The translations under genes and the position numbers were made by a program. Below are positions 51,736-64,000 of a DNA stretch of 64,000 nt, piece after piece. Position 1 is the stretch's first letter, and each line of letters opens with the position of its first letter. This DNA comes from the human T2T-CHM13v2.0 reference genome, Homo sapiens: assembly GCF_009914755.1 (NCBI RefSeq), contig NC_060925.1; one strand, given 5' to 3'. Under the pieces are notes generated by a model. That model had not been told where the DNA came from. It was given only the letters and a program-made list of their open reading frames with translations, and did no database searches.

Positions 51736-53030
51736 GAGCAATGCCAGGCATCTAGCCAGTGCTTTATAAAGATTGACTATTGTTATTTTTGGGGGTTTTA
51801 GTGGGTTTCTGTGTCTGTGTAAGTCTGGGTTCTGTGCCCGCTTTAGAGATCTGAGATTCTTGTAGGCAACTTGGTAGATAGAACAAGTGTCCTGGAACCA
51901 GGGGAGAGCCTTCACTGTGGACCCTTTCCTGGCCAAGGCAGTGGGCACCAGTGGCCAGAACCCTCAACTCTTATCTGGGGCTGGGACTCTGGAACCTGGC
52001 CAGTTACAAAATAAAGATATAAGGAACCTCCTGAGAAGTTTCACAGACTCAGACTATCCCACCTGGCATGGTCCTTAGGGATCATCTTAGAACCCAAATC
52101 CCTCTCTCATAAATGGGTAAACTGGAGCCTCAGGACCACTGGCTCCTTCCTTGCTGTTATCTGAGGTAGGTTGCAGGAAGGGTAGCTGTCAGTGCAAAGC
52201 ACTGGCAGGAATATTTTGTCTTTTCCTAACAGGTTTCCTAGTAGGTCAGGTCTCACAGTGAAACACTGGCTGAATGAAGGAAAGAATCAAGATCTTCTGA
52301 CTCCCTGGAGAGACAAAGAATGATTCATTCATATACATCCCAAGCACTAACAAGAAAGGGATGACTTGTTCCAGGGCCAGGTACACAGTAAGCACTCAAT
52401 TAAGACAGTTGTTTTATTTTCTTCGCTTGTGCCTTTGAGGAACTCTCTGTCCACTCAACCATTGCTCCAGTTCCTCCATTCATCCTTCCATCCATCTCAT
52501 ATTTATGAGCACCTACTACGTGTCAGACCGTGGACTAGGTGCTAAGTCCCTGCTCTCTAGAAGATTAGAGTCTAGTAGGGGTGGTAGGCAGTCATCAGAA
52601 AGCCCAACAAGTATATGCAAATGCTAATCATTGTTCTCACTGAAGATGATGAAACGAAGGAAAATGGAGAAGGATAATCTGATCTTGTCTCTCTGATAAA
52701 GTGGTATTGGAACTCAGATCTGAAGGATGGGGTGGGGAACTTCCAGAAGGAGGGCCTGGCATGTGCAAAGGTCAGGTAGTGGGAGGATACAAGCCTATCT
52801 GAAGAACTGAGAGAAAGTAACATGGTGGAGCATGGGAGGGGAGGGAAAAGTTACTTCAGAATAGACCAGGCGAACCAGTCTTATTTGTGGGCCCGTGAGA
52901 GATACCCCTGGGGTCTCTTGGGCACACTTCTGTTGGGAGAGAGGAGAAAGTGCAGGGACCCAGTATTGCAGAGGCAGTGGGTGATGTGAGTGCTCCGAAG
53001 CTCTTCTGCTCCCCAGATGCAGCCTCTGCT

Positions 53031-53252
53031 CTGGTTGTTTTGCAGTCCTTACTCCCGGTTGTTTGCAGTTCAACATTCCAGCTATTTGCACTCACTTCCC
53101 ACTTATTTGCAGGCCTTATCCTCAGGAGTGTGCAGTCACAGCCCCAGCTGTTCATAAGCACTTTCTCAGCTGTTTGCAGCTTCCACCCTCAGCTCTGTAT
53201 AGTCCCTTCCAGCTGTGTGCAGTTGCCATCCTCGTTATTTGCAATTTTCATC
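53031..53252. repeat. Degenerate ~21-23-bp minisatellite, ~10 copies, consensus ~YCAGCTRTTTGCAGNYNNNNYY
   Basis: Manual parsing into recurring units (see findings). Confidence 0.65.
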
Positions 53253-53399
53253 CCCCTTTGGGCATCAGGTAAGGCTTGCTCAAGATTGGTTCTAACAACA
53301 AGACTCATTACTAGTAGCTTATAATTGAGTATCTGACTTGTGCTAGGGGCTGTTTTGAGTACTTTTACCTATACTTTCTCATTTGATCGTCATAACAAC

Positions 53400-54130
53400 C
53401 CCTTCATTTGTTCATCACGTATTTCCGTCCTACTCTATATCTGGCCCTGGGCCACGCACTGAGTATACAGTAGAGACCAGAACTAGATATGTTGCCACTC
53501 TCCTGGAGCTTTCAGTCTCATGAAGGAGACAGGTGCTCATACAGCAATGACACTGCCAAGTATGTAATCATAGAGCCAGACTGGCCCATGAGGGAAGCAA
53601 AGGCATTTGGGCTGGACAGGCCATCAGAGGAGAACCCCTGGGACAATGAGTCTGGAGCTGAGAGCTGAGGAATGGGCACAGTGAGGTTCTGCTGGGATGG
53701 GGCTGCAGGATAAGAAGCACCCCCAGGTGGAAGGGGTCCCCTGTGCAGATGCTTCAGAGGGAGGGCTGAGAAAGGGCAGAGAGGGCAGTATGGGAGGCCT
53801 GTGGAAGTCACACTGGGTGCCCTGATCAGAGTGGCTGTAAGTCTGCTGATTTGTGCCGAGGGCATGGGTGAAGGCAGAGAAGGCAATTTAGAGCTACCAT
53901 AGCTGTCCAGGTGAGACAAGATGGAACCTCAGGCTAGTGGGTGACAGGACGGTGAAGAAAAGTGGAAAGTGGACAGATGTCAGAAACATTCAGAAGGCAA
54001 ACAGAAGTGGGTGATGGAGAGATCAGTGGCCAAAATGACTACCAGTTTTCTTGGGGGGCTACTGGATGAACAGACGTTCCATCCTCTGAGCTGGGAGCAA
54101 CAGAGGAGAACCAGGGCGGGAGGAAGGAGG
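53400..54130 (-). mobile_element. L2 fragment(s)
   Basis: 'ctcctggagctttcagtct...ggagacag', 'tgtccaggtgagac', 'aagtggacagat'. Confidence 0.6.
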
Positions 54131-55723
54131 AGCAAGATCACAGGAGACATTGAGAAACAGACCTTTGCAAAGGGGCTGCACAGTGGCACAGTGCCACAGT
54201 GCCCAAGCCCTGGGCTCTGAAGCCAGACTCTGTGCTCCAGTCCTGACCCTCTACCTTCTAGTAGTTTGTCCTTGAGAAAGCCATTTAACCACACCGTGCT
54301 TCAGTTTCCTCATTAGCAAACTGTGGAAGGGAGGAGAGAGGTTATCCTGAAGCTTCTTGGACTGGGAGTATTTTAAATGAGTTGATGAATCTATCACAGG
54401 CACTGTACGTCCCCAGACTCTAGCTTAGTATGTGGCACATGGTAGGAACTCACTCAATTCATGTTGAATGACTGAATGAATGACGGACCTGTGAAGAGAC
54501 TCCTGGAATAGGTTATAGGAGACCTGCCAGTTGGTGGAGGAAAGGATATCCCTGGCAGAGGGAGCAGCAGGTGCACAGGCAGAGATGACCGCAAGGGCAT
54601 GGCACCCTCAAGGCGCTGGATCTACTGTGGCCTTGGTGGAGCACAGGGCACAGGGAGGGCTGGCAAAGATGTGGGTGAAGGGGTAGGCAGAACCCAGCTC
54701 GTGAAGGCTTTGTACATCCAAGACATTTGGACCAGACCCTAGGAGTCCAAGGGAGTCTTGAGGGACTCAGAACAAGGGATGGCAGGGCTAGGAGCCCAAG
54801 AAGGATGAATTAAAGGGGAGTGAGATGAGGAGGGCAACACTTCTAAGAAGGCAGGGTGTGAGCAGAGACCTGCAGGATCAGGGGAGTGGGGACCCAGCTG
54901 TCTACAGATGGGCTGTTACAGGAAGAGCCTGATTGCCAGAGCCTCCCATTGCCAGCCCAGCTTCTCAGACACTCCCTTAGGGGTCTACAGTTATGACAAG
55001 GGCCCTCTGCAGAGGGAGACTGGAGGCAGGGAGCTGCTTAGAAGGCAGTGCAACAATCCAGGTGGGAGATGGCTTTTTAAAAAAATATCCGATGATTATT
55101 TTTTGAGCACTTAGCAGATGCCAAGAACTTATTTATGGCCTCATGCTCAAGGATGTGGGCAATGCAGCAGGTCTAATCACCTGCCTCTCCCCTCCTTGCC
55201 ACCTATCTTGGGGCATCTCTCTACTTGGGAACATTTTTCCCTGTGGGAAGTTCTAGCGGGCAAGAAGGGAGGAAAGAACTGACATCAAATCCTTGGAGAC
55301 TGGTTATGTAGAAAGTAATTTCAAAGAGTCTGCAGGAATATTTGCAGATCTGGTCTGTAATCTGCAAGACTTCCTCTTCTTGGGGACAGACCTGGTTCTC
55401 ACAGAACGTCTGCTGTCTTAGTCTATCTCTCCCTGTAGCAGAAGGATGTCTCGGTGGTCAAGGCTAAAGTGAGAACTTGTGAAGCTGCAGGTCACAGGCA
55501 TGCTTTCTCCCCAGCCCATCACCCATCCTACTACCTCTGAGGTCAGGGACATCAGAGGACAGGATCTCTGTAAAGGAGAGAAAGACGTTTTGAGGAAGCT
55601 TGTTTCTGTGCATGTATTGGGCAGCCTGCCTCCCTGAAGCTGTTAGCCGAGAGTGAACATTAACATCTCAGGGCAGACGAAAGACTTGCACCATAACCAG
55701 GGGTGTTATGAAAAATGGACATA

Positions 55724-56075
<352 letters not shown>

Positions 56076-56369
56076 TCATGGAGGAAGCCAGGGAATCTGC
56101 ATTTTGACAAGCTCCTCAGTGATCCTGATTTAGACTAAGGCAGTGCTTCTTCAACAGTGTAGAGATCACTTGTGGATCTTGAAAGTGCAACAGGTTCTAT
56201 TTCACTCGGTGTGGGGTGGGGGCTGAGTTCTGCATTTCTAACAAGCTCTCAGGGGGTGCCCATGCAGCTGCTTCTCAGATCACACTCAAAGCAGCAAGAC
56301 ACTCAAGTGTGAAGCTCTGGTTTCCAAACTTGCTTTTTAAGAAAACAAATCCCTCCCAAAAGAAATCTT

Positions 56370-56755
56370 GGTCTGGGTGCAGTGGCTCACGCCTGCGCTT
56401 TGGGAGGTGGAGGAAGAAGGATTGCAGGAGTTCCAGACCAGCCTGGGCAACATAGCGAGACTCTGTCTTTACAAAAAGTAAAAACATTACCCAGATACGG
56501 TGGCATGCATCTTTAGTCCCAACTACTCGGGAGGTTGAGGTGAGAGGATCCCTTGGGTCCAGAAGTTGAAGGCTGCAGTGAGCTGAGATTTTTCCACTGC
56601 ATTCAAGCTTGGGTGACAGAGTGAGACCCTGTCAAAAGAAAAAGGAAAGGAAAGGGAAAGGGAGAAGGGAGGGAGGGAAGGAGGGAAGGAGGAAGGAAGG
56701 AAGGAAGGAAGGAAGGCAGGCAGGCAGGCAGGCAGGCAGGAAGGAAGGAAGGAAA
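56370..56755 (+). mobile_element. AluJ with internal deletions; tail expanded into (GGAA)n/(GGCA)n
   Basis: 'gaccagcctgggcaacatagcgagac', 'gaaggctgcagtgagc'; purine tract ~56640-56755. Confidence 0.88.
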
Positions 56756-58984
56756 TCTCACACAGAACCCCAGAACCCCAGTGTATAAAAGAGGTGATGT
56801 TAATATAAAAGTATTGCACAAATGGGTAATGATTGCTTATTATAAAACCTCTCAAAGAAAACAAGGCAGCTTTGATGAAGGCAGACGTGTGGCGTTAACG
56901 GTTCCCATTGCTATCGTACATGGACCTCAGAATCCATCATATTCAAGCCAAGTGTGTGCAGTAACGCAATGCCACAGCTTCAAGGCTTCACCAGCAGGTC
57001 GATGGAGGGGAAGCTGTCCTGGAGGGATGGAGCCCTGGGCTGTCTCCCTTTCACTATGGAGACTCAAAACTCAGGACTTAGCCTTCCTTCCCCATCCACC
57101 CCACCCCTCCCTGGGAAGTAGTCACAGCTAAATTTAGCTGGGAGCTAGGCTTTCTAGGGGAGGCGAGAGTGAGAGGGAAACTGTGAGGAACAATGCCAGG
57201 CACACTAATTAGTGGTTTGGCAGCTGGGGAGGACAGGAGGGACTGCGGTGGGCCAGGCCCTGAGGCTGCCCAGGCTCCTCTGGAGGAAGGCAGGACGTAG
57301 CCACGTCTGCAGGGCTTGGCAGAGAGGTGGAAGTGGTCCATCTGTTGGGAAGGCATGGGGCTGGCTTGGAGGGTGCTTGTAGGAAAGATCAAGCCAGTGG
57401 AGTCGAAACGTACCCGAGTGTGAATCCTGGTGCTGCCACTTGCTCACTGTGTGTCTCTAGGTAAGTTGTTTAACCTCTCTTGGCTTTGGATAAAAAAGGG
57501 ACACTCAATACTTTAAGGAGGTTAAGTAGGATAATGTATGTGAAAGTCCCTGCTCCCCAGTAGATCTTGTGCCTTTGTTTTCCCTGGCTGGAGGTCAAGG
57601 TCCTTGGTGCACTGCCAAGCTTAGTCCTGCTGGTACAAACCTGTGCTCCCTTTCAAGCCTCCAGTCTATAGAGCGGAGGCCTGGAATCTCTTTGATCGCC
57701 CCACCCTTAGAGGAATGCATGGGGCCTCAGTCCACTCGCAGGCTGCCAGGGCACAGCGACTCATGTTCTGGTGGAAGGAGCAGTCACTCTCTGCTCTGAG
57801 CTGTTTCCCTTGTCCAACCCCTGAGCATCAGTTAGCACCCTGGATGGAGATGCTCCATTAATAAGTCTGACTGCCCCAACCCAGGGAGCTCCTTGAGGGC
57901 AGAGGTGGCACCTCATTCACCTTGGCACCACCCCAGTCCAGCCCAATGCCTGCCGCAGAGCTGGCAGCAGCCAGGATTACTAGAATGACAGCAGCCAGTT
58001 CCTTTCCTCTTTACATATTTATGCCCAATAATCCCTTCACCTTGAAGCTTTCCACTCAGCTCCGGCTTCTGGGGATACAAGGCTCAGGCCCTTGCAGCAA
58101 CACCCTCCTACCTCTACTCTCTCAATCCATGTCTTTCTGTACCTCTCCAGCGCTGCTGAAAGCTTGCCTTCTGCAGGAAATCCTCCCTCCTTGGGTAGGC
58201 AGGGGAAGGGAAGGGAAGCTAACACGTAACATCCTTGGCATAGCAAGGAGTCCTCACATTGCCCCTAGAAGGGATGTATCCTTGCCATGCCCATTTTACA
58301 GCTGAAGAAACTGAGGCTCAGAGAAGCATGAAATCTTGTGACAGAGCGAGTAGGTAGAGCCAGGCATCCAGCCTGGGCCTGCTTGTTCTCAGTGCCCTCC
58401 CCAGAGCTGGCTGCCTTCATGCTTCCCTGCCAGGCCATGACTCAGACTGTTCCCTAATCCCAGTTCCTCTCAGAACTTCTGGCCTCTGTCTGTGCTGTAT
58501 TTGCTAATAGCTTAAAGTCCTTCCAAGTCTGCTCTCCTGGCTTCAACCCCAAGCTGCCACAGTCTCTCAGACAGGGCTCCTGACTAGCTTCTCTTCTCCA
58601 AATGGGACACCTGGAGCGTAACTCAGGGCACTGGGCATGAAGGTAAACAGACCTCTGTCAGCATGGACTCCAGGGCTCCTTTCCTCCTCTGTTCTGGGAC
58701 CAAGGCACGGACATGCAGCCCCTGATTGCAATGTGGCACAGTAGGTGCAAGCATCTGGAGGAGGTGAGAAAGGCAGCATCCTTCTCGTGTGTGTGTGTAA
58801 GGCTTGCAGGAGGGGCTGCAGGGTCTGCTGGCTCCAGGTTGCAGGTAGAAGATACTAGCCATGGCCGATGGCACAGCAGGGATGGGGGCTTAGCCAGGCA
58901 TTGGAACCCCTCTGCCCAGAGGGGCTAAGTTCATCAAGTAGCCAATGAATGCACAGACCTTTATCCCCCAGTAGAAGACAGCCT

Positions 58985-59360
58985 TGAATGGTAGACTCTG
59001 GAGACACACAGGCCTGCATTCAAGTCCTTGTTCTTCCACTACCTAATTCCATAACCTTGGACAATTCCCTTATCTATAAAACAAGTAATGATACCCCCTA
59101 TGCTATAGGTATGTTAAAGGATATTAGGATCAACTAACATTTACCAATCACATGGTATTACACTATTCTATGTGCTATACACATACCAGATAATTTAATC
59201 CGCATAATACCCCAGAAGGTAAATTTATTACTATCAACATTTAGCAGAGGAATATAGAGTTGAGTTGACTTGCCCAAGGTCACCCTGCTCGCAAGTGCTA
59301 CTGCTAAAGTTTTAACCCAGGGAGTTGGGCATCAGAACTCAATGTCCTAACCAGTATATT
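58985..59360. mobile_element. Two MIRs tail-to-tail
   Basis: 'gactctggagacacacaggcctgcattcaag' (+) and 'gacttgcccaaggtcac' (-). Confidence 0.65.
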
Positions 59361-60639
59361 AAACATTTAGTAGCACGCCAGGCAAAAGTCTGACACAGAG
59401 CAAGTATTTGTTTAGATACCTCCCAGGAGCATCTCTTCCATCTCTGCTGTCAATTATAATTCCTCTGTGGATAAATTGCAAGGCTTGACCTCCCACCCAG
59501 ATCTCCTTCATGAGCTTCAGACCTTCAAGTGAAATTAAGTCCTAGACATTTCTACCAGGAGCACCTCACCCTTGCCGTGCCTCCAAACAGACTCTTCATC
59601 ACTTTACCCATGCACTCACCTATTCCAGACCTGCTCTTCCTCCTGTGTCCCCTAAAATCAGTAGCACCACCATGCCCCTGTGTTCAAGTTAGAAACCTGG
59701 ATCATCCAACATTCTTTCTCCCAGCCCCCACATCTCCACTGCTTTAATTCACACCTGCATCATATCTCACCCGACCTATTGCAACAGTCTCCTAGGATAA
59801 ACTCTCCTTGTCTCCCATTCCTCACTCCCCCAAATCCAGTAGCTTTAGCCATTCATGGAGCTCTCCTGTCTGCAGAGCAAACACTTCATGTACCAAGTGC
59901 ATTTAAGACTTTTCTTGAGCTGGCTCCTGCTGAAGCCGTAACTCAGGTCCATTCATTTGTTCATCTCTGTCTCCCCAGAGTCTAGCGCAGTGCCAAGCAC
60001 ACTTACTGGGCTTAATACATACCTTTTAATTAAAGAAATGAATGAAGGAGTGAAATCTGCGAAAGTCACTCCCTGCTGTCAGATGCAGCTTTGTGAGCAG
60101 TGGCTGGAGTAGCCAGGACATGGAGGAGACCCGAGTGACATGTGATGGCACATGAGCTCTGCAGAGGGCCCTTGTCACAACTGTAGACCCCTAAGGGAGT
60201 GTCTGAGAAGCTGGGCTGGGAATGGGAGGCTCTGGCAATCAGTCTGTCCCCTTAACAGCCCATCTGCAGAGAGCCAGGCCCTCACATCCCCCACCCTGCA
60301 GGTCTCTGCTCAAACGCTGTCTTCTTAGAAATGTTGCCCTCTCTGTTTCATTCTGGAATGTCCTGCCACTCTCTGTTTCCTAACCCTATTTTAGTTATCT
60401 TTCTAGGGCCAGGTCTACTATTATTATTTTGGGTTAAGTTGTTGTCTCCTGTGGCTAAGCCACGGTCTCCATGAGAGCAGGGACTTGTTCCACTTTATTC
60501 AGGACTGATGCCCAGCAATTAAAACAACACCTGACATGTCACAGAAACTCAACAAATACTTGTTGATGGAAAAAAAAAATACTAAGACAAGGAGGGGATG
60601 CTGATAGGGAATCAATCATGTTGTATCGGCATCTTATTC

Positions 60640-60864
60640 AAAATACGATCTGCTAATAGCCTTTTCAACCAATGATGCTAGAACAACTGAATATTCACAC
60701 AGGGAAAAAATGAACCTCAACTCTCACTTCACCCCATACACAAATATTAACACAAAAGGAATCATACAACTGAGTGTATATACAAGCTAGAACTATAACA
60801 CTTCCAGAAGAAAACAAGAGAAAACCTTCATGGCTTTGGGACAGGTAAAAATCTCTCTCTCTCT

Positions 60865-60924
<60 letters not shown>

Positions 60925-61870
60925 ATGCATAAACAAATTATAGTATATTAATATATATGAATTATATAGAAATAAAACACACATATATATGTAATCTTAT
61001 AACTCACTAATAAGACAAATAATTCAATTTAAAAATGGGCAGAAACTTGAATAGATGATTTCCAAATGGTCAATAAACAGGTGAAAAAATGTTTATCCTC
61101 ATTAGCCATCAGGGAAATGAAAATTAAAACCACAATGAGATACCACCACATACCCATTAGAATGGTTACAATGTAAAAGAATAAAGATACCAAGTTTCAG
61201 CAAGGGCATGTCCACCATACATGGCTGATGGGAATGCAAAATGGTATAACTACTTTGGAAAACAGTTGAGCAGTATTTTATGTAAACATACACTTACCAC
61301 ACAACCTAGTAATTTCATTCCTAAGAATTTACCCAGAGGAAATGAAACATATAATCACACAAAGACTTATATTTCAATGTTCATTCACAGCAGGTTTACT
61401 TATAATGACCCCAAACCAATGACCCAAACTTTCACCAAAAGGATATTTGGATGGATAAAGAAATTATGGTATATTAATAAAACTGAATAGTTTTCAGCAG
61501 TAAAAAAAATGAATGAACTCCTGATACACATGACAACACATGAACTAATCTCATCACTGTTATACTGAAAAAAGTCAGACACAAGAGTATATATTGTATG
61601 ATTACACTGTACGATTTTGCTATGTGAAACTCTAGGAAAGACAAATCTAATCTGACGTGACAGAAAGCAGATCAGTTACCTGCGGTCAGGGATGGGAGGA
61701 GAATGACTAAGAACCGGCACAAAGAAACTTTTGGGGGCGATGGAGATGTTTATGTCTTGATTGTGGTGGTAGCTAGATGGATGCATGAACTTGTGAAAAC
61801 GCACCAAACTGTACACTCCAAAATGGTGTATTTTATTGTATATTAATTACATATCAATAAGAGTGATTTA
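60640..61870 (+). mobile_element. Old L1M (L1MC/ME-like) ORF2-end/3'UTR fragment with (TA)n at ~60867-60921
   Basis: 'cattagccatcagggaaatgaaaattaaaaccacaatgagataccac', 'gtataactactttggaaaacag'. Confidence 0.85.
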
Positions 61871-61876
61871 AAAAAG

Positions 61877-62140
<264 letters not shown>

Positions 62141-62682
62141 CTAGGTATCAAAAAAAGTGATAGGATGTAGTAGTAATGTAAGATATGTAGTAGTCAGAAG
62201 TCCAAAGATCTATTCATGGGCTGTGAGCTCACTCCTGGAAATGGAGTTAGAACCAATTAAACAGTTATTTAATTGGAATTAATGAGGATTCACCCCATTT
62301 AAGGTGATGAGAGTGTTGCACGAAACACATTACTCTCCCCTCACCCCACACTTTCTGCACGTGGAAAGCCCGGTTCTGATAGGCCTATCTCCTCACACTC
62401 TTTGCTGCTCTGGGGCTGTCTCTTCCACACCCTGGGGAGAGGCTATGAAGAGGAGAATCAGTCACCCCAAACTCAAGGGACTTGGGAAAAACAATGGGCT
62501 CTTCTATCAGACCTATCTTGATCCAAACTTCAGCTCTGCCAAGTCACTTGATCTCTTCGTACCTTACATTCTTAAATCTAAAAATCTAAGACATTTAAAC
62601 AGTGCCAGCCTTAGGTTGAGGCCAGGGGTGAGCCTACTGAGCTCACCCAGTTACCTCCTACCCTTTCCTGTCTCCTCCAGAT

Positions 62683-63197
62683 TAGGGTTGCCAGATAAAA
62701 TATACAATCCCAGCTAAATCTGATTTTGGATAAAAATGAATAATGTTTTAGTGTAAGTAAATATTGCATGGGTCATACTTATAATAGAATATCGTATGGG
62801 ACATATTTATGGTAAAATAGTGTTTGTTATTTATGTGAAAATCAAACTTAACTGGGTGTTTTGGGTTTTTTTTTTTTTCCTCTTTTTTAGAGACAGGGCC
62901 TCTGTCTGTTGCCCAGACTGGAGTACAGAGGCATAATCTTAGATCACTGCAGCCTAGAACTCCTGGGCTTAAGCGATCCTCCCAAGTAGCTAGGACTACA
63001 GGCACTCCCCACCATGTCTGGTTGATATTTTTCATTTTTTGTAGAGACAGGGTCTTGCTATGTTTTCCCAGCTGGCATGGAACTCCTGGCCTCAAGCAAT
63101 CCTCCTGCCTCAGCCTCCCAAAGTGCTGGGATTACAGGCATCAGCCACCTCCCATGGCTGTGTCCTGTACTTCCAATTGGAACATCTGGCAACCTGA
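62683..63197. mobile_element. MER53 split by an Alu
   Basis: 'tagggttgccagataaaat...aactgggtg' and '...gtcctgtac...tctggcaacctga'; degraded TSD ctccagat/ttccaggt. Confidence 0.8.
62866..63158 (-). mobile_element. AluJ
   Basis: 'cactgcagcctagaactcctgggcttaagcgatcctcc', 'gacagggtcttgctatgtt'. Confidence 0.92.
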
Positions 63198-63639
63198 TTC
63201 CAGGTGGCTCCTGATACACAGTCCTTGAATCTTTAGGGTTCCAGAGAACACTGAAACCTTTTAGTTTACCGCTGTACATCCTACATGAACTTGAAAGTGT
63301 GGGCTAGAAAATCTTGGAAATTCTTCCATCGAAATTGAGAAGAGAAATGGAACAGGTGGAGTAGAACCCAGCAACAGCCATAGTCATAGGTTTCCCTGCC
63401 TCAGCCAGCTTTGCAACAGGATCAAAGTCAGCTTACTCCAGGAGTGCATGCAATTAAAAAATCCCCCTGAAAGGGAGCCAAAGGAAGACACGGTCTTGCT
63501 GTTCTGCAGAGGAATACTGGATCTGGTGAAACACCACGGGGAGTCAGAAAACAGCTCTAGGCAGAGGGACCTTGGGCAAGTCATTTAAGCTATCTGTCTC
63601 TGACTCAATAAAATAGGCCTCAAAACAAACTTAAAATAC

Positions 63640-64000
63640 AAATTACAGAGTAGGAAAAGACAGCCATAACATATATAATGGACAACACAGTGATACCAAG
63701 AATATATTAAGTGGTCCAAGTCAATAAAAAAAAAGCAAATACCCAACAGAAAAAAAATGGGCAGGAGATATGAACAGGTAATCCACTTGAAAAAAAAATC
63801 ACAAACACAAATGGAGGATAAGTATATGAAAAGAGGCACCGTGTTGCTAATCAGGAAAATGCAAATCAAAACAATGAGATAGCATTATTTGACAATCAGA
63901 TTGGCAGAAATGAAAAAGCCTGATAAAATCTAATGTTGGGAGAGGGTAGGGGAATCAACCCAGGTGGTTAGTGGGAGTGTAAACAAGCTTTGGAGAAGAC
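63640..64000 (+). mobile_element. Old L1M fragment running off the window
   Basis: 'aatcaggaaaatgcaaatcaaaacaatgagatagcatt...atcagattggca'. Confidence 0.8.

Overview
Primate (most likely human) genomic DNA lying inside a very large gene. The only coding sequence I can support is one 195-bp, phase-1/phase-1 exon on the minus strand (7592-7786). It encodes a complete Sushi/CCP domain that I recognise as the first Sushi domain of CSMD2. The rest is intronic: dense MIR and L2 relics, eight Alus, MaLR solo LTRs (MLT1/MST), hAT MITEs (MER81, MER53, MER58, MER5, MER91, MER33), old L1M fragments, microsatellites and a ~1.15-kb VNTR with a 35-bp unit. There are no prokaryotic systems, CRISPR arrays, rRNA or tRNA genes, and almost all of the supplied ORFs look spurious. 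Best leads: (1) a 77-nt hairpin with a 34-bp stem that is fully paired only on the CSMD2 sense strand (12309-12385); (2) the VNTR, which reads as ~20 tandem 5' splice-site/U1 motifs on the CSMD2 sense strand 2.3 kb upstream of the exon; (3) two consensus RFX X-boxes, one next to a Y-box, flanking a CpG-enriched patch; (4) mutational footprints, including a 40-bp L1PA micro-insertion, an AluS/AluY chimera with intact TSDs and a serial template-switch duplication; (5) a cryptic degenerate ~22-bp minisatellite. Repeat boundaries and subfamily calls were made by eye from remembered consensus sequences and are approximate.
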